48,263 nucleotides of DNA, taken from positions 1 through 48,263 of the forward strand of contig RDOB01000012.1 in NCBI GenBank assembly GCA_011364965.1, written 5' to 3'. The notes below the pieces were generated by a model, which was given only the letters and a program-made list of their open reading frames with translations, did no database searches and was not told where the DNA came from. The DNA comes from Candidatus Heimdallarchaeota archaeon (GTDB lineage: Archaea > Asgardarchaeota > Heimdallarchaeia > Hodarchaeales > Hodarchaeaceae). Shown here in pieces: positions 36,747 through 46,200 of this stretch; positions within the stretch are counted from its first letter, which is position 1; the number at the start of each line of letters is the position of its first letter. The translations under genes were made by a program, and so were the position numbers.

Positions 36747-38012
36747 ATGATGGAAGGAAAAAAAATGGGAAAAATACAACCACTCCTTATTCTGTTTCTC
36801 ATTCTAACCTGCATAATAGGAAGTATCACGATTAATTTTTCTAGTGCAAGTATGAATGAAAATATAGACTTGAATATGACGAATACATCAGAATTAGTAA
36901 TTTATACTTATGATAGTCTCCTTGCTGACCCGTATTATGATATTGAGGGGAATTTTTCAAAAGTTTCCGGTATTTCTAAGGAAAATATCCAGATTGTGCG
37001 TTTAAGCGATGCTAATGAGATTGTAATTCGACTATTACAAGAAAAAGATCAACCTGAGGCAGACATCGTGATAGGTATTGATAATGCCTTGATTCATCTG
37101 ATTGATAACAAAAGCGAGGTTTTGGAAGTGATATCTCCCCAGAATGTCAATGAGATTGATTCAAATTTAATTCAAAATCTTGACGCAGAGCAATATCTTT
37201 TACCATATGATTTTGGAATCATTAGTCTTTATTATCAAAATTCAATTATAAACTCCCAAAGTTATCCTGAGTTAAGTAATCTAACCCTTGATACTTTATT
37301 AACATCACCCCTCATATCCATGTTAATTGTTGAAAATCCTAAGTTCAGCAGCCCAGGTTTAGGTTTTCTGCTCTGGACAATAGCCATTTATGGCGATCCT
37401 GAGATTAATTTTACTGGTTTATTAAGTCGAGATTGGAGAGACTGGTGGAGTTTAGCTAAGGATGATATTCTCATAACAAAATCATGGGGAGATGCATTTG
37501 ACATCTTTTTCAATCCTGAAGAAGAAAAGCCAATAATGGTTTCTTATGGGACTTCACCAGCATATGGTTTTTGTCAATGGCAGGATAATACTACGTCAGC
37601 TGTTCTAACACATGAGAATAACCAAGAAAATGCTTGGTTACAAATAGAAGGTATTGGTTTAGTTCGTGATGCTCCAAACAAGGCTAATGCAGAAGCATTT
37701 ATCAACTGGTTTCTTAGTGAAGAACTTCAAAGTGACCTCCCTGAGCATCAATGGATGTATCCAGCCAATATTAATGCTAATGTATCAACATGTTTTACAC
37801 AAGCTTCAATACATCCCGAAAATGTTACTCGACTCAATGATTTGATCACCCCCTCTATGCTCTCCGAATATCTTACTCAATGGCAAGATGAATGGGAACA
37901 AGTTGTAGTGCAAAGGACAATTCCTGGATATGAGTATATGTTTACAACCCTTGGACTTTTATTATTGACTATTCCCATCCTCATAAGGAGAAATAAAAAG
38001 AAACAGCTTTGA
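36747..38012 (+). CDS. thiB: Thiamine ABC transporter substrate-binding protein with C-terminal IPGY-TM-basic anchor
   Basis: LVIYTYDS, ADIVIGIDN, PYDFG, SSPGLGFL, W.DA...F, VSYGTSPAY, QIEG, QWMYP. Confidence 0.9.
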   Translation: MMEGKKMGKIQPLLILFLILTCIIGSITINFSSASMNENIDLNMTNTSELVIYTYDSLLADPYYDIEGNFSKVSGISKENIQIVRLSDANEIVIRLLQEKDQPEADIVIGIDNALIHLIDNKSEVLEVISPQNVNEIDSNLIQNLDAEQYLLPYDFGIISLYYQNSIINSQSYPELSNLTLDTLLTSPLISMLIVENPKFSSPGLGFLLWTIAIYGDPEINFTGLLSRDWRDWWSLAKDDILITKSWGDAFDIFFNPEEEKPIMVSYGTSPAYGFCQWQDNTTSAVLTHENNQENAWLQIEGIGLVRDAPNKANAEAFINWFLSEELQSDLPEHQWMYPANINANVSTCFTQASIHPENVTRLNDLITPSMLSEYLTQWQDEWEQVVVQRTIPGYEYMFTTLGLLLLTIPILIRRNKKKQL

Positions 38013-38060
38013 TTCAGTAAGTACGTAATTTCAAAGGCCCACTCCTAGGAAAAGCAAATT

Positions 38061-39770
38061 ATGTTGCAGAAGAACACTTTATTCAAAATAATCTATCTTT
38101 CTCTTCCCCTAGGTTTTCTTCTTATCTTTTTCCTTATTCCATTGATCCACATAGCCTTTTTGGCGTTTGGAATAAGTCTACTCGATATTACTGAATTTAC
38201 TTTTGAGAATCTTTTTCGTGTGTTATCTCATCCATTAAATCAATATTTTCTATATTGGGATGTTCAACAAGCACTACTGACGACTATTTTTTGTGTTGTT
38301 ATTGGTTTAATTGGTTCCTACATCTTAGTTCATTATAAATTTTTAGGAAAGACATTTTTGCGCAATCTATTTACCATTCCATTCATTCTCCCTCCAATCG
38401 TGGTCTTAATAGGATTTATTGCCACTTTTGGACATGGAAGCTGGTTTAATCGAACCTGGGAATCATTAACAGGGTCAATCTTGATAGATATCTATAACAC
38501 CTATGAGGGAATTATCCTTGCACATGTCTTCTATAACATTCCTGTTATCATTCGCTTAACTGAATTGGGGTGGAGAAGCATAAATCAGGATGGGATCGCA
38601 GTAGCAAAGAGCCTTGGAGCTACTCGTTTGCAAATTTTCAGTAAAATTCAACTTCCTAAGTTATTACCAATTTTAACTGTTGCAGCCTTGTTAGTGTTTA
38701 TTTATGCCTTTAATAGCTTCGCTATTGTCTTGGTACTGGGTGGAGTTCAATATCAGACATTAGAAGTACGGATTTATTCTTTGGCAAAAAGTGAGTTCGA
38801 TTTTTCAGGTGCAGCTGCATTAACACTGGTTCAAGTATTGATTAATTTGGTTATTATAGTTCTTTATTTATTTCTTTCAAGTAAATATGAGCTTCCGGCC
38901 ACGGAGTCTGCTCAGATAGCTGTAAAACCTTTCTATAGAACACACATGCCAGTTAAGGAACTCTTGGGAAGGGTTTTGATCCTTATCTACTTTATCTTAG
39001 TAGGCGGAATCACAATTTTACCCATTACTGGCGTGATCCTTGCCTCCATCACATCTCCAGAGGGCACATTGACTTTGAGTAATTATGCGAAATTGTATGA
39101 TTATAGCATCAAGAGTTATATCGGTCTTCCTCCCAGTAATATGATACTTAATTCTTTATTTTTCGGGTTTGGAGTGATGATTCTTGCCACATTATTAGCG
39201 TTACTCTTGAATTATGGCTTAAATATTGACACTACTGTGCAAGGATTACCAAAAATCAGTTTATTAAAGAATTTCATGGGTATTTTAGTCATTTTACCCC
39301 TAGCTATTTCATCGATCACGCTTGCGTTTTCTTTATTCAGCTTATATCGAACTACTTTCATCTATGAGCAGGTACTCGGTGCTATTTTAATTGCTCATAC
39401 TTTGATCGCTTTTCCTTTTGCAAACAGAGTTATCTCAGCGTCCCGTTCAGCAATTGACCCCTCCCTTGTAAGTGTGAGTCAAAGTCTTGGTGCGTCACGT
39501 TTGAAGACATTTATAAAAATTGAATTGCCTTTATTAATACCAGGTATTATTGTAGCATGTTTATTTAGCTTTGCGATCTCCATAGGTGAATTTGGAGCAA
39601 CTAGTTTTCTAGCAAAAGCAAATTTTGCCACAATTCCAGTGGGGATATATCGCTTAATAGCTACCCGAAATATTGGCCCAGCTGCGTCATTTGCAACTAT
39701 TCTAGTCGTTATTACGATTGCAAGTTTCATGATAATAGAAAAATTAGGAAAATTGGAATTGAGATTATAA
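38061..39770 (+). CDS. thiP: Thiamine ABC transporter permease (duplicated BPD_transp_1)
   Basis: PFILPPIV, LAHVFYNIP, two EAA-like SLGA loops, SIGEFGAT; follows thiB. Confidence 0.87.
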   Translation: MLQKNTLFKIIYLSLPLGFLLIFFLIPLIHIAFLAFGISLLDITEFTFENLFRVLSHPLNQYFLYWDVQQALLTTIFCVVIGLIGSYILVHYKFLGKTFLRNLFTIPFILPPIVVLIGFIATFGHGSWFNRTWESLTGSILIDIYNTYEGIILAHVFYNIPVIIRLTELGWRSINQDGIAVAKSLGATRLQIFSKIQLPKLLPILTVAALLVFIYAFNSFAIVLVLGGVQYQTLEVRIYSLAKSEFDFSGAAALTLVQVLINLVIIVLYLFLSSKYELPATESAQIAVKPFYRTHMPVKELLGRVLILIYFILVGGITILPITGVILASITSPEGTLTLSNYAKLYDYSIKSYIGLPPSNMILNSLFFGFGVMILATLLALLLNYGLNIDTTVQGLPKISLLKNFMGILVILPLAISSITLAFSLFSLYRTTFIYEQVLGAILIAHTLIAFPFANRVISASRSAIDPSLVSVSQSLGASRLKTFIKIELPLLIPGIIVACLFSFAISIGEFGATSFLAKANFATIPVGIYRLIATRNIGPAASFATILVVITIASFMIIEKLGKLELRL

Positions 39771-39779
39771 GGGAACAAT

Positions 39780-40904
39780 ATGGCATATTTTGAAATACAT
39801 AACTTGAGCTTTCGTTATAATAACGTCTGGATATTTAAAGCACTCTCGCTACAGGGAGAAAAGGGAGAATTATTAACCATTGTTGGCCCTTCAGGATGTG
39901 GAAAAACAACTTTACTAAAAATCCTTGTAGGAATTCTAGCACCTGAGGAAGGAAGGTGCCAGATAGGAGAAGATGCTCTCTTTAATTTACCTATTGAAAA
40001 ACGGAGAATTGGATATGTCCCTCAAAATCAGGCCCTCTTTCCTCATCTATCAGTTTTTGATAACATTGCTTTTGGCCTGAAAGCTCAAAATAAAGATGAT
40101 CAAGAGATAAAGCAGCAAGTTCAGGAATTAGCAAGACTCGGTGGGCTTAATTCTCTACTGAAACGAAAACCACATGAATTAAGTGGAGGACAGCAACAAC
40201 GAACTGCTCTTCTGCGTGCTTTAGCTCCTGCGCCACGGTTACTGCTACTTGATGAACCTTTAAGTAATGTTGACTCTCAATTGCGGGAACAATTAGCGTT
40301 ATATATTCGAAGACTTCAACAGTTATATTCTATAACTACAATTTTTGTTACACATGACCTGAACGAAGCAAAAATGATTTCTGATAAAATTGTAGTTCTT
40401 AGTGGAGGTCAAATCTTACAAATAGGCACTCCTATGGATGTAAGCATGAATCCTAGCACAAGTGATGTAGCTTCAACAATAGGCATCAAGAATTTGTTTC
40501 CGATTTTATCAATGGATAAAAACATGGATTTATATATTGTTCAGATTCCAATTGGAAATATACAGGTTAAATTGAACAAAAATCAGCTTGGTAAAACCTA
40601 TAAAGGCGTGTACATTGACCCCACTCAACTAAAGCTAATAGAAATGTCTAATAAAGAGAAATTCCACCCAAATATATTTACTGGGAAAGTCATTGCCAGT
40701 ATTCCCCATCCTATGGAATCCAGACTCACATTAATTGTCGATATTGGTAAACAAGCGACCTCTAATTCTGCGATAGTAGATCAATCTGATCCAAATTGGT
40801 ACCATTCTCTGCGAATTCTGTTACCATTATCAGAGAAACGATTCAAGATAGGAATGCAAGTCATGGTGGATATCCCATACGAATCCATCCGTCTATATAC
40901 TTGA
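39780..40904 (+). CDS. thiQ: ABC transporter ATP-binding protein (thiamine import)
   Basis: GPSGCGKT, LSGGQQQR, LLLDEP, VTHD; operon context. Confidence 0.82.
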   Translation: MAYFEIHNLSFRYNNVWIFKALSLQGEKGELLTIVGPSGCGKTTLLKILVGILAPEEGRCQIGEDALFNLPIEKRRIGYVPQNQALFPHLSVFDNIAFGLKAQNKDDQEIKQQVQELARLGGLNSLLKRKPHELSGGQQQRTALLRALAPAPRLLLLDEPLSNVDSQLREQLALYIRRLQQLYSITTIFVTHDLNEAKMISDKIVVLSGGQILQIGTPMDVSMNPSTSDVASTIGIKNLFPILSMDKNMDLYIVQIPIGNIQVKLNKNQLGKTYKGVYIDPTQLKLIEMSNKEKFHPNIFTGKVIASIPHPMESRLTLIVDIGKQATSNSAIVDQSDPNWYHSLRILLPLSEKRFKIGMQVMVDIPYESIRLYT

Positions 40905-40921
40905 ATCCTATTTTAAGGGAG

Positions 40922-41896
40922 CTAAATTAATTCTAGACTCAAAAATTGGTCGATTGCTAGATTTAGGAAGGAGTCAGTATTTTGGTGACCTGAAGAAAGA
41001 GAGCTTATTGAACCTAACTTCAATCGACTAGCATGAATTACATACCATAAACCCGACATCAAAATCATCAAATCTGAGATATTGGCCAGATCGGCTCTAT
41101 TTACAGGATAAAGAGAGAACTGAGAGAACAATTCAATTAATAAGTCTTGGAGATCATATGTGAACTTATTCTGAGTTATAAGGTATGCTAAATCAACAAG
41201 GGGATTCCCAGAAGTTGAGTATTCCCAGTCAATAAAAACGACTTGGGGTTTATTCTCTTGTAAAATAATATTAGAAAGTACCAAATCGCCATGAATTCGC
41301 ACTAGATTCTCCTCCCTTATGTTTGAACCAAGAATGGTCAATTTCTCTTGGAAGAATCTCTCAACATCCTTATAATATGGTAAAGCGTCATAATTGACTT
41401 TTGAAAAGATTTCATTTTCTTCAATTGCTTTATATTCCACAATGTATCGTTTAAGTACATCAAAATAGTCATAATCAGCTGACAAAGATTTTGCGTTTCT
41501 ATGAATTTCCAAAATAGACTTGATAATCATTTCTGCATGTTTTTCAAGATCTTTTGCAACAATTGGACTCCCATCAACCCATTCTCGTACCAAGTATAAT
41601 TTAGGAGGTTTTTCATACCACGAAAGAAGCTTGGGAACCTGGGGGAGTGATTCTAAATATAATAACGTTTCTTTTTCACGTTGATAACGAAGAAAGATTG
41701 GATCATTTTTTTCATCTCTCACCTGAAATTTTTTGATTAAAATGGCATTGTTGACAAGAATATTTCGGTTATTTAACCCCCCATCAATAAATTGAGTAGA
41801 AACAACTTTAGAGGGTAATATCTCCTGCGGTATCCCTTTAAGTAAATTATCTTTTGTAGTCATATGAGACTGTATCCTAAACAGAATTTTAACCAT
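40922..41896 (-). CDS. Choline/aminoglycoside kinase-family phosphotransferase, candidate thiamine kinase (start may be 41863)
   Basis: GGLNNRN, HGDL..SNI, FIDWEYS, P..DLA; lies between thiBPQ and thiR. Confidence 0.8.
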   Translation of the reverse strand: MVKILFRIQSHMTTKDNLLKGIPQEILPSKVVSTQFIDGGLNNRNILVNNAILIKKFQVRDEKNDPIFLRYQREKETLLYLESLPQVPKLLSWYEKPPKLYLVREWVDGSPIVAKDLEKHAEMIIKSILEIHRNAKSLSADYDYFDVLKRYIVEYKAIEENEIFSKVNYDALPYYKDVERFFQEKLTILGSNIREENLVRIHGDLVLSNIILQENKPQVVFIDWEYSTSGNPLVDLAYLITQNKFTYDLQDLLIELFSQFSLYPVNRADLANISDLMILMSGLWYVIHASRLKLGSISSLSSGHQNTDSFLNLAIDQFLSLELI

Positions 41897-41989
41897 AAAA
41901 TCAGGTGATTACTCATTACTCCCGCAAAAAAGTGAGACGTATAAAAGGACCTAATATCCCATCAATATTGAAGTAGAAAGAGTGATATT

Positions 41990-42898
41990 ATGCAATTCAT
42001 TTGTGAAATAGTTCCCTCGAGTCTTCTAACTCCTTTGCGAAGAATTATTGCAAGTAAACTAGCGGAGGATGGATTTAAACAAGTAGAAATAGCCGAAATT
42101 TTGGGTATATCACAACCAGTAGTTTCTACTTATCTTAAAAATCCAGAGGTAATAGAATCCCCCCTTATCTCTCGTCCTGCATTCCAGCAAGTTGTTTCTG
42201 AACTTTATAGTCAAATTAAGACTGGAAAAACGAATAAAATCGACATGATGAATGTTATTTGTAATGCGTGTCAAGATTTTCGAACTGCAGGTCCTTTATG
42301 TGACCTTCATAGAAAAAAAGCTGTATTAAATTTTCCCCCTGACTGTCGTATCTGTTTTCCCTCCACAGAGCAAACTGTTGAGTTTGATCAGAAGCTAAAC
42401 GCAACAAAAGAGCTTTATGAGGCAGCTCAGGCACTAACGCAGTTGGGAGATCGGTTTGGTCATCTTATACCTGAAATTGGCTGTCAATTCGTTTACATTA
42501 CGCCTGAAAATCAATCAACAGCGAACATTGCTGCCTTCCCTGGCCGAATTGTGAAAGTTAAGGGACGAGGACAGATTGTCTCCCCTCCTGAATTTGGACA
42601 TGGGTCAATCCTAGCTTTCATTCTCTCTTTCTTTCGGACACACAATTCTCCTTATAGAGCGTTAATCTCATTAAAAAGGACAGATATAGTCCTGAAACAA
42701 ATTTCTTCTCATCTAAGAGTTGTATCGACTACAGAAGCTGATAAAAATTGGGAGAGTACTCTAAAAGGGTTGGTAGGAAACGACATTTCGACAATCGACA
42801 TTCTTGAAGATTCTGGAGGGATCGGGTTTGAACCTATTCTTTACCTATTCGGTACCAGTCCCTCTAATATTGTTGATCGCATAAGAGAATATTTTTAG
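41990..42898 (+). CDS. thiR: ThiR-type regulator (HTH + ThiN-like thiamine-phosphate-binding domain)
   Basis: N-term HTH (KQVEIAEILGISQPVVSTYL), Cys/His cluster, LIPEIG, AAFPGRIVK, PEFG, D.GG.G.EP.LYLFG. Confidence 0.82.
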   Translation: MQFICEIVPSSLLTPLRRIIASKLAEDGFKQVEIAEILGISQPVVSTYLKNPEVIESPLISRPAFQQVVSELYSQIKTGKTNKIDMMNVICNACQDFRTAGPLCDLHRKKAVLNFPPDCRICFPSTEQTVEFDQKLNATKELYEAAQALTQLGDRFGHLIPEIGCQFVYITPENQSTANIAAFPGRIVKVKGRGQIVSPPEFGHGSILAFILSFFRTHNSPYRALISLKRTDIVLKQISSHLRVVSTTEADKNWESTLKGLVGNDISTIDILEDSGGIGFEPILYLFGTSPSNIVDRIREYF

Positions 42899-43272
42899 AA
42901 TCTCGTTTAGGGAAAACTATAGATCAGTTTTAATAAATCAAGCTGGTCTGATAGGTCAAATGTGTTTGATTAACAAAAAAAACCAAAATAAATCTAGTCA
43001 CTAAAAAAATAGACAAGAACCTAAACAAGAAAATCTTGTTGTTGATTTTTTAATACGATTAATGTTAAAAGTAGATTTTCCTATAATACCCTGACTCTAT
43101 AGAGGAATATAAAAGCTAAGCTCTGACTCCAAATCAAGAAATCAGCATTAGATTTCAGATTTAGCTGAAAGAGATAGCGAAAAATCGACCTAGACAAGGG
43201 ATAGATGCCCAATCTATTGTTTTTAATTTATTAGAGGACAAGACAGCCCAGAGAAAGCGAAGGTCTAATTAA

Positions 43273-46200
43273 ATGCAGAAGATAAAACGATTTATGATTT
43301 TAAAAGGACTCCTATTAGCGGGAGTTTTTCTATTACTCGCCACAATTCCCACGCTTGCACGGACAGATAACAATCTCTACCCAATCTACAACACGTTCAT
43401 GTTTAATCAAGAAAGACAAATAACTTCAGGCATTGAAAATCAGACCCTGAAAACTGAGCTAGGCTATCGTGTCCATTCCATTACTTCCAGTAAGGATGCG
43501 TCCAAAGTTCGATTCATCTTTTCCATCCCAGACTTTCACTTTGATCAGCTATTGCTCCGAGTAAAGTTATCCTACAATGAGCTAACTACCGCGTTTATTC
43601 GGGGAGGACATCTGCATAATATTACAGTTAATGTCTATCCGTTTGAATTGACTATTATTGACGGAGTAAATGGTTCTGTGCAGGTGGTTGATGCCTATGA
43701 GTTATATCGAGGCACAACTCTCACATTTAACTTCAATGAGACCGCATTTATAGAAGAAGAATACTTTGAGGTCTCATTCTCCTCATGGAATAGTATGTCC
43801 TGTATAAAGGAAATACAATTTGAGCAGATTAAATTCCAACTCCATCCCCCTGAAGTTGTTACAGGGCCCGCAGTTCTCTTCCTTTGTAGTACTATTAGTT
43901 TACTCGGACTTGCGCAAGTTTTTCCGCAATATAATCGTTTCTTTACAAATCTAATATTGCTGCTATTCCTCATGCTTACCCCTCTTGCTGCTATTTATCA
44001 AATTAAGTCCATAATGGAACTGCTTCCTGACAGAGAAGAAGGAGTTACTCGGTTTACATTCTTTGGACAGGTATATGAGCGCCGAGACTTAGGAAATGGG
44101 TATTTTTCTCTCAAAAAGATCAAAGACTTGTCCACAGCATTTGAACTGAAAGCTTTGTCTGGAACTGGAGCACAGATAGTTTATCCTATAAAGGAAATAA
44201 GTTCAGAAACAAATATTCCACATTATTTAGAATCAATTGAGGATTCATCCAATTCTGAACCTACTTCACTTCCTCCTCCTATTAATGAAACAGCTAGTAT
44301 TAAGCCTATGTATCCTCATTTAGGAGCTGGCGAAGTCAACATCTCTACAACTAATATTTCAATACGTGATGCAGATTCAGGAGTTATTCATTCAAAATAC
44401 AAATTTTACAAATTTGAAGTAATCGTTTTTGATTTAGATGGGCAAGGAGATATTGAATATGTACAGCTTAATTTTACTATTAATTCATTTGAATATTCTG
44501 TAGCGTATGATAATCGAACTGAAACGTTTTTAGAGGTAAATGATCATGCATCTGATCATATAACACTCGATTTGGCATCTCCGGACCCGTTACGAATTGG
44601 ATATTATCTTAATGTCACATTTAAAATTCAAACGGATTGGGATTTACCAAATGCTGATTCTATAGCATTAACTGCTTGGGCAAATGACACAAGTACTAAC
44701 AGCGATTCTAAAACCTCGGCTACAACCTATGATTTTAACCATAATATCGAAGTAGCATCATTTAATGTAAATGATCAAACGGTCAATCCAGATACTGGAT
44801 TATTTTTCACGGGTTCTGTATATTATGAAGGAACCTTTCTTGAAGTTCCAGATAGTGAGATAACAGTTGTTACCGTTTTCCGTGACTCAACGCCTTCTGA
44901 TATCAACATTGCAACACAAAATAGTACAGAAGCAGGTTTTTCAGTCACTGGAAACTCCGAGGCGACAGTTGGTAGCTATACGTACTATCCTTTTGTAGAA
45001 CTTGCTGGGGATGGAACTGAATGGAATCTCAGTGCTACAACGATTGGAGTGATTGTGGATCGCGTTAAAATTACTGATATATCCATTTCAAATGCAGTTT
45101 ATTATGATGGTTCAAGTACCTATTGGGATAATAACGATGGAATAACTGATGAAATAACAATCACTGTTGAAGCCGTATGGGAACGTACTAGTATTGCTTA
45201 TACTGGGGAAGTGCGATTAGGACATAGTGGGGATTCTGACTGGCAAACTACAACTGGATTAAGTTTTAATGCCGATGAAAATCCAATTTTAGGCACAGTT
45301 AAACTATTAACTAGTATTAATGTGACAGCAGCTATTGAAGGAACAGGAAATGAATATGGGTCTCAAATCTACTTGGATCCCTCATTAATTTATTGGAACA
45401 TTGGGTGGGATAATGCTGCTCCAACAGGTGGAACATGGACAACCGATTATGACCTTGATGATAATACAGGGGATGGATATGCCCCATACGCTGGACCTTC
45501 TGGCAGTTATGATGCTTTTTATGATGATACTTCTTATACTGCTGATGTCTCTAGTGTGAGCGATACTGGTGCAGGAATCGCTAATTACTCAATTAAATCA
45601 GATGAACAGGGAACTTATGGAGTAACAAAGACAAATGGACTTGATATTAGCTGTACCTTGGTAGAGGGCGCAAATTCTATTTCCTTTCGAATTGTGGACA
45701 GAGTGGGAAATGTATATAGTGGAACAACTGATCTATCTATTTACTATTCAAGTACAGCAATTCCCAGTGGCTTTGATATCGATATTTCAGGTACTGCTGT
45801 CTGGACATTAGAATCCCCTAGTTTTGCTTATATTGCTAATCCAAATGATATCACAAGTGGGATATTGTATCTCGGCGCAGGGGGAGATACCCAATGGAGT
45901 ATTACCATGGATAATTCAGGGACATGGAATGCGGGAGGGGCATGGAAAGTCGTTTTTGAAGCAGGGTGGGGAACCTCACAAAAGGTCGATGATACCAGCG
46001 GAGATGGATATACATCTCTACTTTATCATTCTGATACAGGATCGGAGCCTGATATAACCATAGATATTGTCAATCGAAATGGATTGGTTCAACAGATAGT
46101 TTTAACTACGACAGCGGATACCACGGGGCCAACTTTAGATTCAATTACAGTAGTTGGGGATTCCCTGATGCCTGGCTACTCGGACTGGGATCAAGATGGC

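Noticed and set aside
41940-41956. Second ThiR site between the kinase and thiR (GACCTA core)
   Set aside because: Only a half-site similarity and not palindromic.
42899-43272. Recurrent ACAAG words and small hairpins upstream of the giant gene; checked as CRISPR or operator array
   Set aside because: Short, irregularly spaced and expected by chance in AT-rich DNA; no repeat-spacer periodicity.
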